Part shown: positions 48,614 to 57,847 of the stretch, one piece after another | Layout of the letters: the number at the start of each line of letters is the position of its first letter | Position numbering within the stretch: the stretch's first letter is position 1 | Source: Candidatus Omnitrophota bacterium | GTDB taxonomy: Bacteria > Omnitrophota > Gorgyraeia > Zapsychrales > Aceulaceae | Direction of reading: 5' to 3' | Length of the DNA stretch: 64,000 nt | Assembly: GCA_029564765.1 (NCBI GenBank) | Contig: JAKQPK010000050.1 | Span: forward strand, 146,977-210,976 | Translations under genes and position numbers: made by a program | The notes under the pieces: model-generated | Seen by the model: the letters and a program-made list of their open reading frames with translations, nothing else | Told to the model about the DNA's origin: nothing | Databases searched by the model: none

Positions 48614-49725
48614 TTATAGTCGCTGGTGAAGCTTCGGGAGATGCCAGGGCGGCAGAATTAGTGGCGCAGATCAGAAAGCTTGAGCCCACTGCTACTTTCG
48701 CTGGCCTAGGAGGCGATCAAATGGCAAGGGCGGGTGTTTCGCTTTATGCCGACCTTACAAAGATTGCGGTCGTTGGTTTCACCGAGATCATTAAGCATTT
48801 GTCTGAGATCCGAACGCTATTTCATCTCATTATCAAAAAAGCTGAAGAAGAACGCCCTTCGGCGGTGATCCTCGTTGATTATCCAGGGTTCAATCTACGT
48901 TTAGCGACTGAACTAAAAAAACGCGGCATCAAGGTCATCTACTACATAAGCCCTCAAGTCTGGGCGTGGCATAGTCAGCGCATTGACCTGATCAAGCGCG
49001 TGGTAGACAAAATGATCGTTTTCTTCGGATTCGAGAAAGATCTTTATGCTCAACATGGATATGCCGTGGATTGCGTGGGACATCCTCTGGTAGATGAAAT
49101 AAAGATCCAAAAGTCACCTCATGAGCTTTTGGCAGAGGTCGGCTTATCGCAAACAACAACGATTGGTCTTCTTCCGGGGTCTCGCGTCAAAGAAGTGCAG
49201 AAAATATTTCCGGTTATGCTTCAGGCCGCGCGCTATCTTTACGCGCGAAATCCTTCACTGCAATTCCTGGTGGTGCAGGCTCCCACGATCCAAACGGATA
49301 TCTTAAACGATCATCATGAAATTTCCAAGCTTCCCATAAAGATCGTCAAAGGACAAAATTATGACAGCATTAACGCCTGCGACCTTTGCTTTGTGGCATC
49401 CGGCACAGCAACGCTTGAGACGGCCCTATTGTTGAAACCTATGGTCGTTGTTTATAAAACATCTTTCTTGACATGGGCGCTGGCTAAATGTCTTATCAAG
49501 ATCCCTTACATCGGCTTGGTCAATGTCGTGGCCGGCAAAAAGATCGTGCCTGAATGCATTCAGTTTGGCGCAACACCTGATCGCCTGGCAAGGCACGCCA
49601 TCCGTCTTTTAAGCGACAAGACAAAAATGGCAAAGACCCATAATGATCTTCAGCGCATCAAAGACAGCTTGGGCTCTCCTGGCGCAAGCACTCGCGCGGC
49701 ACAGATCATTCTGTCTTGCTTATAG
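48592..49725 (+). CDS. lpxB: Lipid-A-disaccharide synthase
   Basis: IIVAGEASGD N-terminus, GTATLETALL C-lobe motif; 377 aa. Confidence 0.9.
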   Translation: METAKHLIIVAGEASGDARAAELVAQIRKLEPTATFAGLGGDQMARAGVSLYADLTKIAVVGFTEIIKHLSEIRTLFHLIIKKAEEERPSAVILVDYPGFNLRLATELKKRGIKVIYYISPQVWAWHSQRIDLIKRVVDKMIVFFGFEKDLYAQHGYAVDCVGHPLVDEIKIQKSPHELLAEVGLSQTTTIGLLPGSRVKEVQKIFPVMLQAARYLYARNPSLQFLVVQAPTIQTDILNDHHEISKLPIKIVKGQNYDSINACDLCFVASGTATLETALLLKPMVVVYKTSFLTWALAKCLIKIPYIGLVNVVAGKKIVPECIQFGATPDRLARHAIRLLSDKTKMAKTHNDLQRIKDSLGSPGASTRAAQIILSCL

Positions 49726-49776
49726 CGTACCCTACAAGCAATGATCCATCACTTGCGTTGGCTCTTCCCGCCCCTA

Positions 49777-50172
49777 CTACGAAGACCTGGAAAGAAGCAA
49801 ATTTTTCATGTGGTTGATCAATAAAGAAGATTCGACGGGTTTCGTGATAAAGTCGTCCCAGCCCATATTATATTTCTCCATTAGCGAATCTCGGTAGGCT
49901 GTGATCATGATGACCATGGTCTCTCGCTTGCGATGAAACGACTTTTCTTCCTCTTGGCGGATAGCTTTTAAGACCTCGAAACCGTCCATCTCAGGCATGG
50001 TGACATCAAGGAGGGCAAAATCAAAAGGGGTTTTTGTTTTGCGGGATTTCTGATAAAGCTCGAGCGCTTCTTTTCCTGTAGTAGCCGTAACACATTCCGC
50101 AATGTTCTTAAGGGCGTCCAACACGATCCTGCGGTTCTCTATATCGTCTTCGGCAACCAGAACTTTCCACAT
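49777..50172 (-). CDS. Single-domain response regulator (CheY-like receiver)
   Basis: VLVAEDD...LLDVTMPEMDG...KP motifs (phospho-acceptor Asp in LLDV); 131 aa, no output domain. Confidence 0.85.
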   Translation of the reverse strand: MWKVLVAEDDIENRRIVLDALKNIAECVTATTGKEALELYQKSRKTKTPFDFALLDVTMPEMDGFEVLKAIRQEEEKSFHRKRETMVIMITAYRDSLMEKYNMGWDDFITKPVESSLLINHMKNLLLSRSS

Positions 50173-50247
50173 GTCTTTCCCTCGCGAACGCTTATGTTGT
50201 CTTGATTATAACTCTTTTTTGATCAAAACAAAAAACTGTTTTGAAAA

Positions 50248-50898
50248 TTATCGCGGAAGGCCAACTGGTTGCACCAAAATAATATGCTGAGAAGGCTTAA
50301 GCCTCATGGTACTCTTCAGGGCTTCTTTATCTACCCATCCTATCGCAACTGTAGCTAAATTCTCGGCAGCGCAGAATAAATAAACATTCTGGCTGATATA
50401 TCCAGTATCGATCCAGGCATATGACATCTTCTCGCTTTCCGATCCACTTAGACGGCTAAGATCTGCGACAAAAATAAGGCTTAATGGCGCATCTTTAACA
50501 AAGCCTTGTATACCGACCACAGCACGGATATCCTGATCGAACACAGGGTCTAACTGATGCGCCTTGGCATTATAAAGATAAAGGCCATCTCGCACTGCCA
50601 CGTACACGTCTATTTCTTGGGCATTTTTTGCTGTAGGCGCCGTGCGTTTGCCGGAATCAGGACGGTTGACGCCACTGGCTGCCCACAACAGGTCGGAAAT
50701 GACCTGAAGCGAAAGATCATCTTTCTTAAACTCCCGGATTGATCTTCTTTGAGAAAGGGCTGCCATAAGGGTCGCGGACGAAGAAAGCCTTGGCTTCAAA
50801 AGAGAAACGGTAGAGGGCCTTTTCTGTTCTTGGGCATCAGCCAAAGAACATAATGAACATATGATGATCACAACCGATAGAAATTTTATGGTTTTCAT
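50248..50898 (-). CDS. Secreted/lipoprotein nitroreductase-fold protein
   Basis: Start at MKTIKFLSVVIIICSLCSLADA (signal peptide; ATGA overlap with batE-like). Nitroreductase-like core RRSIREF...VISDLLWAASGV. Confidence 0.65.
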   Translation of the reverse strand: MKTIKFLSVVIIICSLCSLADAQEQKRPSTVSLLKPRLSSSATLMAALSQRRSIREFKKDDLSLQVISDLLWAASGVNRPDSGKRTAPTAKNAQEIDVYVAVRDGLYLYNAKAHQLDPVFDQDIRAVVGIQGFVKDAPLSLIFVADLSRLSGSESEKMSYAWIDTGYISQNVYLFCAAENLATVAIGWVDKEALKSTMRLKPSQHIILVQPVGLPR

Positions 50899-51707
50899 GA
50901 CATCCCTTTCCGTGAAATGCTTCGGCTTAACAACTTCTCGAATGCTGAAACGTTTATCCATCCTATCTTGCCATCAAAACGCTTTACCTTGGCCCAATCG
51001 CCTTCAATGCGAATAACAAAAACTTTCTCCCCGGCTATAAGCCTAAAATGTTCGGTTGCCTGATCCTTGGGCTCAAATCGCGCCTGCGTATCGCCTAAGA
51101 TCACGGCTGTCCTTACCAGATCATGGGATTTGTTTATCCATATCGACACCTGTCCAAAGACCAGCACAGCGACAAAAGTAACGACAACCCACCGCTTATT
51201 AAAAGAAAGGCGAAAGGCTTCGGCGAAGATGACAACGATCCCAAGGACCACACAAAAAAGAACTGAGATCCACATCATCTCTCTTGCCGTGAACATATCC
51301 TGATATGATCGGATGATCCTTTCGACGAAAGGAACTTCTTGCGCTACAGGCTTCTGGGGCGATAAAGATAACGCATAATCAAGGTTGGCCTGCAGGTCAG
51401 AATCGCGTGGGATAAAAAGCTTGGCTCTCTCATAGTTCAAGATAGATTTTCCTAGTTGCTGCAATTTAAAATAGCTATTACCCAAATTATAATAAAGTGC
51501 TCCGCCAACAATTCCTTGGCCCAATATTTCTTCATAAAAAATAGCAGCTTGATGATAATCGCCTTGCTTGTATGATAGATTCGCCTCGTAAAACTTGACG
51601 GAAGGGTCCTCAAAAGCCCCTTGTGCACAAGAAAGCATACAGAGCGTAACGCAAAAAACCAAAATAGTAAAAGTTTTCTTCATATTACATTCTTTCGAAA
51701 CTATCAA
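50895..51707 (-). CDS. batE: BatE-like protein: signal peptide, TPR repeats, TM helix, C-terminal SH3b domain
   Basis: TPR-like YYNLGNSYFK; C-terminal GEKVFVIRIEGDWAKVK...GWINVSAF (SH3b-like); last gene of the Bat cluster. Confidence 0.65.
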   Translation of the reverse strand: MIVSKECNMKKTFTILVFCVTLCMLSCAQGAFEDPSVKFYEANLSYKQGDYHQAAIFYEEILGQGIVGGALYYNLGNSYFKLQQLGKSILNYERAKLFIPRDSDLQANLDYALSLSPQKPVAQEVPFVERIIRSYQDMFTAREMMWISVLFCVVLGIVVIFAEAFRLSFNKRWVVVTFVAVLVFGQVSIWINKSHDLVRTAVILGDTQARFEPKDQATEHFRLIAGEKVFVIRIEGDWAKVKRFDGKIGWINVSAFEKLLSRSISRKGMS

Positions 51708-53496
51708 GGATCTCTTTTAATAGTTGATAATCTTTTTGCAATGAAACGGCCTGTGCCGTTGTCGCGCCATAGCGGACCATTTCACAAGTAGACAACAATC
51801 CCTGGATCTGCCCCATTATGGTCAACGAAACATTATAAGGTAACAGGATGCCTTGGATCTCATGAGCCGTCACAACGCCCTCAGGAATAGAGAACTTTTC
51901 CGCAAAATACTTTTGCAAAACCTTGTATACGATATCATAAAATTCTTTGGTCTTCTGGGAGCGCAAACAATGCTCTGCCGCCCGAAGCCCTTCCCGAGCC
52001 TTGCGGGGGGCGCGCAAGCGCTTAGCATAACGAATATCGGTCTTGATCCTGATATTTCGCTTGAATACCATGATCCCAATACTGACCCCTGCCGCATACA
52101 ACGCAATAAAGATCCAGAATCCATGCAGATCTTTCGTCGGTGCATAAGATGAATAAAGAACCCCCGGTCTTTCTTTGATAAAAACAATGTCACGGCCGAT
52201 CACTTCAGACATATTCGATCTTTCCTGTAACGTTTCGACGATCGCCGCTTTCTTGCCAAAAGGTGCCGGATGGACAACGAGGCCAAAAGGGCCTTTTTCT
52301 AGGGCCACATATGTTTCCTTGTACGGGTCGAAATAAACAAATCGAATAACCGGGATACTCACGGCTTTCTCCGACTTAGGGATCAAAACCTGCTCAAGCG
52401 TTTTTGCATTGCCCTGCTGTTTGATCTGGGGGTCGTAAACCTTAAAGTCATCAGAATCCCGATACATCGGCATGTCAATGTTCTTCAGATCGCCATTCCC
52501 AGAAATTGTTATCTTGATCGTCACGGGATCGCCAACGTAAACATCCAGAGGGCTTGCGGACATCTGAAGATCAAATCGGCCAACCGCCGAACCAAAGCCT
52601 TCTGGAGCGCCATTTGGAAGTGGCAAAACTTCGACCACCTGCTCCTGTGAGCGTAAGCTGACGGGATATTTTTCATAATTCCCGAAAAAACTCTCGAACA
52701 GATCATCTGAAAATCCACCAAATAAGGACGAACCGCGAGATGCCCTGCGATGAACAACGTTACAGTCCAAACGCGCCGGCTCGAAGGTGAACACCCCGCT
52801 TTGCGCAGGATACGCGACAGTCTTGAATTCCACAACATCATACGAAACGCCCTCGCGAACATCCTGGTACTGCGTTGGCCTTTCGAAATCTTCGATCTCA
52901 AAATTATCCTGTTTTAATACAGGAAATTGGATATCCGCTAAGGAAATATTATTTGCGTAAAGCTTGATCGTGATAGGCAATGGCTCTGCGACATAAACCT
53001 TTTCCTTGGAAAACTCCAGAGCCAAGAAGGCTTTTTCTTTAATGTCTGCGGATCTTCCAATATCATAAACAGCGCTCGTATGGCCCTCTAAAGGAGCAGA
53101 CTCTAAGATCTCTACCTCGATAGGCTGCGTTTCATATTGTGTTCCGTTGATCGTCATGCTGAATGCTGGGATCGTTAGCAAACCAGTCTTCTGAGGGTAT
53201 AAGATATATTTCTGAGAAACAGAAGAAGACTGCTGCCCATTAATAATGGAAATGCTAGTGGATGGCCCTACATAGCGCGATCTAAAACCATCAATATCAG
53301 GCAGCTGGACTGCAGAGGCGTTCTGCACGCCGGTCACCGTCAGGTCCAAAATGATCGTTGAGTCAAGCCCAGCTTTCTTTCTATCTACGCTAGCCCGAAA
53401 ACTAATATCCTGCCCAAAAACATGCACATCAAAAAAAAGCACGGAAATAAAGATCAAAGAAAAGATCGTCCATCGCGACTTCATAAGGCCTACCAA
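51685..53496 (-). CDS. batD: BatD-like large membrane-anchored protein
   Basis: 603 aa; N-terminal signal peptide, C-terminal TM; sits between batC and batE. Confidence 0.65.
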   Translation of the reverse strand: MVGLMKSRWTIFSLIFISVLFFDVHVFGQDISFRASVDRKKAGLDSTIILDLTVTGVQNASAVQLPDIDGFRSRYVGPSTSISIINGQQSSSVSQKYILYPQKTGLLTIPAFSMTINGTQYETQPIEVEILESAPLEGHTSAVYDIGRSADIKEKAFLALEFSKEKVYVAEPLPITIKLYANNISLADIQFPVLKQDNFEIEDFERPTQYQDVREGVSYDVVEFKTVAYPAQSGVFTFEPARLDCNVVHRRASRGSSLFGGFSDDLFESFFGNYEKYPVSLRSQEQVVEVLPLPNGAPEGFGSAVGRFDLQMSASPLDVYVGDPVTIKITISGNGDLKNIDMPMYRDSDDFKVYDPQIKQQGNAKTLEQVLIPKSEKAVSIPVIRFVYFDPYKETYVALEKGPFGLVVHPAPFGKKAAIVETLQERSNMSEVIGRDIVFIKERPGVLYSSYAPTKDLHGFWIFIALYAAGVSIGIMVFKRNIRIKTDIRYAKRLRAPRKAREGLRAAEHCLRSQKTKEFYDIVYKVLQKYFAEKFSIPEGVVTAHEIQGILLPYNVSLTIMGQIQGLLSTCEMVRYGATTAQAVSLQKDYQLLKEILDSFERM

Positions 53497-54407
53497 TCTT
53501 TCTCTACTGTATTATCCTGTGACGGTTTTCTCAAAAGATAAAACATCCCCTGCGGTTCTTCATTTTGCTGATAGTTAGCGATCGCGGCTTCTGCTTGCTT
53601 TCTCGTCATGGGCCCTGCCCCTTCAGAAGAACCTTGCGCGCCTTGACTGACACGACTTTCAGGGCCGTCCTTCGCAGAAGACTGAGCACCTTGATCGTCT
53701 TGCGATGGATCGCCTGATCGCTGCTGATCCTCGCTTGACGATGAAGCCGAAGGACCTTCTTGTTCTTTCTTCTGATCCTGATCGCGGGACTGCGGCTGCC
53801 CTTGTTGCTGGCCATCCGCCTTGTTGTCTTGCGGCTGGCCTTGCTGTTCATCCTCTCGTTGCTTGTCTTGCGAAGAACTTTCTTTCTTTGGCAAGGGACA
53901 ATTGCTGCTTTGTTGTTCTTTCTTCTGCCTTAGCTGTTCGAGCTCCTTCTGAACAAACGTGTAGTTATGTTGCGCGTCTTCATCTTTGCTGTCAAGATCA
54001 ATGGATCTTTGAAAATGCGAAAGGCTTCTTTCAAGATCAGCGATCGCGCCATCGATATCTGCCTGCTCGCGGTTCTTTCCCTTCTGGTAAAAAGCATTTC
54101 CTAAATTATATGCTGTCTTTTGCTGCAAGTTGGTATCTTCGGTCAACAAAGCCTGCTGTAAATGCGCGATCGCTCCCTGATAATCCTGCTGTTGATACAG
54201 CGTTGTACCAATATTAAAATTGATAATATCAGAGTCCGGATCTTTTTCAAATGCTTTCTGGTAACTCTCAAGCGCTGCCGCATAATCCCCCTTGCGATAC
54301 TGCCTGTTGCCTGTGCGCACGAAACTGGATTGTCCCGCAAAGACTGAATCCGGCCATACCGCACCCAGAAAGCACAACAAAAAAAGGAAGGTCCAGAACT
54401 TTTTCAT
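53490..54407 (-). CDS. batC: BatC-like TPR protein with a long acidic Q/D/E-rich low-complexity tail
   Basis: Signal peptide; TPR repeats (GDYAAALESYQKA..., AYNLGNAFYQKG); C-terminal ~130 aa DQQ/EQ-rich. Confidence 0.65.
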   Translation of the reverse strand: MKKFWTFLFLLCFLGAVWPDSVFAGQSSFVRTGNRQYRKGDYAAALESYQKAFEKDPDSDIINFNIGTTLYQQQDYQGAIAHLQQALLTEDTNLQQKTAYNLGNAFYQKGKNREQADIDGAIADLERSLSHFQRSIDLDSKDEDAQHNYTFVQKELEQLRQKKEQQSSNCPLPKKESSSQDKQREDEQQGQPQDNKADGQQQGQPQSRDQDQKKEQEGPSASSSSEDQQRSGDPSQDDQGAQSSAKDGPESRVSQGAQGSSEGAGPMTRKQAEAAIANYQQNEEPQGMFYLLRKPSQDNTVEKDW

Positions 54408-55402
54408 TCCATCCTCGAGATGATCATTTCAAACCACAGCAAGAATGTTGCCAAGGCCAAAGGAATTTGAAAGCGATCAACATAATGTTTTTTCATTTTG
54501 TCATCAATATCACGTTTTTCCATAACGGCTAAACGTGACTGATAAATATATTCTAAACCAAAATCCGCTCCGCTCGCCCGAACATACGCGCCATCGGTCT
54601 CAAGTGCGATCTGTTGAAGCGTGGATTCATCTAAGCGTGTTTTAACGAAATTGCCAGACTTGTCTTTCAAAAACTCTTTTTCACCTTTCTCGTTGGTAAC
54701 GCGGATCAACTCTCCTTCTTGCGTTCCTATGCCTATGCAAAAGATCCTGATATTTTTCTGACGCGCCTGTTGGGCTGCCTGCACAGGATCTCCCTGCAAA
54801 TTCTCGCCATCAGTGATAAGGATCACATTCTTATACTGGCTGGGAACATTTACATATCCCTTGACAGACTCTTCTATGGCTTTGGCAAGCGCCGTTCCTC
54901 CCTGCGAGATCGTGTGCGGCCCGACATCCTCAAGCGCTAAGAGAAATCCGCCGTAATCGTTGGTCAAAGGACAAGCTAAAAAGGCCGTACTCGAAAACGC
55001 CACAAGACCGATCCGGTCTCCTTTCAATTTTTTAATAAGGTCCTTAACGGCGAGCTTTGCTCTCTGAAGACGATTGGGTTTTACATCTTTGGCAAGCATG
55101 CTTTTTGAAACATCAAGCGCTACAATGATGTCGATTCCCTGGCGCTTAACTTCCACCCATCGGAATCCCCATTGAGGCCGCGCCAAAGCAACACACGAAA
55201 GAACAAAGATAGTCATGAGCAACAAGCGTCGTGTAACATCTTTTGGAAATCGCGCAGCGGGGGTGATCTCCTTGAGCAAATGCTTTTCGGCAAATCTCCC
55301 TTGAAGATCTTTTTTGCGTTCCGCAGCCCACCAAAAAAAGACCACTAAAGGCAACACAAGCCACAAAAGATTTAACAAATGTATATCAACCCATTGAATC
55401 AT
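54404..55402 (-). CDS. batB: BatB-like von Willebrand factor A domain membrane protein
   Basis: Start at MIQWVDIHLL; VWA MIDAS DVSKSM...TDGE; two N-terminal TM helices. Confidence 0.8.
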   Translation of the reverse strand: MIQWVDIHLLNLLWLVLPLVVFFWWAAERKKDLQGRFAEKHLLKEITPAARFPKDVTRRLLLMTIFVLSCVALARPQWGFRWVEVKRQGIDIIVALDVSKSMLAKDVKPNRLQRAKLAVKDLIKKLKGDRIGLVAFSSTAFLACPLTNDYGGFLLALEDVGPHTISQGGTALAKAIEESVKGYVNVPSQYKNVILITDGENLQGDPVQAAQQARQKNIRIFCIGIGTQEGELIRVTNEKGEKEFLKDKSGNFVKTRLDESTLQQIALETDGAYVRASGADFGLEYIYQSRLAVMEKRDIDDKMKKHYVDRFQIPLALATFLLWFEMIISRME

Positions 55403-55403
55403 A

Positions 55404-56405
55404 TTAAGGAATTTTAACCAACCATGTGTTCGATAAAATAAGATCAGCAAAAAGCATCAACAGCGCTACGATAAGCACGGCTGGAAATAACTGCCGATAT
55501 TCACGGTATCCGGTTTGCTGCATTTCGCTTTTTTCCATTTGATCGATCTCTGCATAGATCGCCTTTAAAGTTTCCGTATCTTTAGCCCAAAAGTACTTTC
55601 CGCCTGTCAGCATAGCGATCTCTTGAAGCGTTGCATCATCGATGTTGATCTCCACGTTCTGATAGGCACGCCGCCCCCAGAAATCCTGGATCGGAAATGG
55701 CACAGGACCTTTGGATCCGGCACCGATCGTATAAACACGGATACCCATCGCCTGAGCGATATTTGCTGCGGCTATGGGAGCTATCTTTCCGGCATTATTA
55801 ATACCATCCGTTAAAAGGATCACGATCCTGCTTTTGGCGCTGCTTGCCTTCAATCGAGCCGTGGAAGATGCCAAAGCTGAACCGATCGCTGTCCCGTCTT
55901 CCATCATGCCCAGCTGAATACGATCTAGATTATCCAAAAGCCATTCTTGATCAAAAGTCAAAGGGCATACGGTATAGGCAAACTGAGAAAAGACCACAAG
56001 ACCGATCCGGTCGTTATTCCGTTTACGGATAAAATCACGTACAATATGCTTAACGGCCGTCAAGCGATTCACGCGCTGACCATCAATCTTAAAATCTTCC
56101 GCCGCCATGCTGCCCGAAGCGTCGATCGCTAAAACGATGTCGATACCATCAGTCTTGTACCGCGCCTCATCAAGGATTTGCTGAGGGCCAGCTAAGGCGA
56201 TCACAAAAAGAGCAAGTGCAAAAATCCTTCCCCAATAAAGATGCGCTGATAACCACGCCTTGAATCCTCCCGAAACAGGAGCAAGCAATAGTGATGAGGA
56301 AAATTGCAACGCAGTTTCTTTCTTGCGACCATGCCACCAGATCAAGGATCCAACAACAAAAGGGATCAGCAACAAAATCCAAGGGCTCTTAAACGTGAGG
56401 CTCAC
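55404..56405 (-). CDS. batA: BatA-like von Willebrand factor A domain membrane protein
   Basis: VWA MIDAS DASGSM...TDGIN; N-terminal TM helices. Confidence 0.8.
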   Translation of the reverse strand: MSLTFKSPWILLLIPFVVGSLIWWHGRKKETALQFSSSLLLAPVSGGFKAWLSAHLYWGRIFALALFVIALAGPQQILDEARYKTDGIDIVLAIDASGSMAAEDFKIDGQRVNRLTAVKHIVRDFIRKRNNDRIGLVVFSQFAYTVCPLTFDQEWLLDNLDRIQLGMMEDGTAIGSALASSTARLKASSAKSRIVILLTDGINNAGKIAPIAAANIAQAMGIRVYTIGAGSKGPVPFPIQDFWGRRAYQNVEINIDDATLQEIAMLTGGKYFWAKDTETLKAIYAEIDQMEKSEMQQTGYREYRQLFPAVLIVALLMLFADLILSNTWLVKIP

Positions 56406-56931
56406 GGGGCATCGTCTCCTGTACTAATTTCTGCGCTAAATCAAAGCTATGCTCCATCTCATTAATATCAGAGCGGTATTTAGCGAACTTCACCAGATCA
56501 CACGATCCTAAAAAATCTTTCAAGCTGTCTTTCTGCGCGGTTGTAAGATTAGCGGAAAATCGCAATGAATATAGGAATTCTTCGGTTGTCATCTCCGGAG
56601 CCCGTAACGCTAAAGAATCCTCTAAATAATGGCGGACAATGTCAGAAAGAATGGAATAATACTCTTTGACCCTGCCTGCTGTTGGTAGATTTTGCGCGCG
56701 CAGATCCCCCAATCTTTGTAAGGCGATCGCATAGGCTGGTAACACGACAGCAGCGCAAGATCTTGGCCCTCGAGAGCGGAAGGATCTAAAAAGAAAATAA
56801 ACGAGAACGCCTGCGATCAAGAAGCCCGCGAGGATCCACAGCAAAGCAAGGTGGGACGGCAAGGCTATTGGCGGTTTGACCGCGCGCAATCCTTCAAGCT
56901 CTTGAGCAAAGCTTTCCTTTAAAAATAGCAT
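56389..56931 (-). CDS. Small single-TM protein of the Bat/MoxR operon (DUF4381-like)
   Basis: 180 aa, one TM (LLWILAGFLIAGVLVYFLF); sits between the DUF58 gene and batA. Confidence 0.55.
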   Translation of the reverse strand: MLFLKESFAQELEGLRAVKPPIALPSHLALLWILAGFLIAGVLVYFLFRSFRSRGPRSCAAVVLPAYAIALQRLGDLRAQNLPTAGRVKEYYSILSDIVRHYLEDSLALRAPEMTTEEFLYSLRFSANLTTAQKDSLKDFLGSCDLVKFAKYRSDINEMEHSFDLAQKLVQETMPREPHV

Positions 56932-56935
56932 ATGG

Positions 56936-57826
56936 TCATCGAAAACGTTTTTTGCGTTTTACAAAAAATTTTACCAACTCTGGAGCAAAAGGCTTATCCG
57001 TAAAAATATGAACGGCGTCCACTCCTACGCTGCGAAAAAGATCCTCTCGCAATTGAGCACGCTTAAGGGCGTTCTCTCGATAGCGCTGGCGCACAAGGCG
57101 GTCACCCGAATCAACACTAAAGCGCTTGCCGGTTTCAGCATCTTGAAGCTCAAGCAAGCCGCAGTCCGGCAGGTCGAATTCTTTAGGATCGTTCAGGGTG
57201 ATCGCAATGACATCATGTCTCTTATTGGCGATCGTCAGGCCCTGTCTCAAAGTGTCTGCGATATCCTGATCAAAAAAATCCGAGATCATAAAGGCGACGC
57301 TTCGACGACGCGCTACCTTGCTCAAAAATTCCAACGCCTGATTGATGTTCGTTCCTCGACCCTGAGGCTTAAAATATAAAACTTCTCTGATGACGCGCAG
57401 AACATGCTGAAGCCCTTTGCGGGGAGGAATAAATTTCTCTATTTTCTCAGTAAAGATAAGAAGGCCAACCTTATCATTATTTTTTACTGCCGAGAACGCC
57501 AAAACCGCGGCGATCTCAGCAGCTAGCTTGCTTTTTAGTTCTTGAGTTGTCGCAAAATGGCATGAGCGAGAAGCGTCAACGACGAGCATGACCGTCATCT
57601 CGCGCTCTTCAATGAATTTTTTGATATGGGGACGTCCTGTGCGCGCGGTCACATTCCAGTCGATCATACGGATATCGTCACCGGGCTGATACTCGCGCAC
57701 CTCATCAAACTCCACGCCTTGGCCCTTAAAAACACTGTGGTAGGCGCCCGCAAAAACATCTGTGGCCAGCCGTTTGGTCGTAATTTCAATTCGCCGGATC
57801 TTTGTAAAAATGTCTTTTGGGATCAT
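56936..57826 (-). CDS. DUF58-family protein (VWA-like), MoxR partner
   Basis: DUF58 proteins conventionally follow MoxR; motif YQPGDDIRMIDWNVTAR. Confidence 0.8.
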   Translation of the reverse strand: MIPKDIFTKIRRIEITTKRLATDVFAGAYHSVFKGQGVEFDEVREYQPGDDIRMIDWNVTARTGRPHIKKFIEEREMTVMLVVDASRSCHFATTQELKSKLAAEIAAVLAFSAVKNNDKVGLLIFTEKIEKFIPPRKGLQHVLRVIREVLYFKPQGRGTNINQALEFLSKVARRRSVAFMISDFFDQDIADTLRQGLTIANKRHDVIAITLNDPKEFDLPDCGLLELQDAETGKRFSVDSGDRLVRQRYRENALKRAQLREDLFRSVGVDAVHIFTDKPFAPELVKFFVKRKKRFR

Positions 57827-57847
57827 AAGACACTCGTGAGCGGAAAA

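Noticed and set aside
53490-54407. Q/D/E-rich low-complexity tail of BatC-like as a possible repeat or mobile insertion
   Set aside because: It is in-frame, compositionally biased protein-coding sequence, consistent with the acidic tails known in BatC-type proteins. No nucleotide-level tandem repeat unit is discernible.
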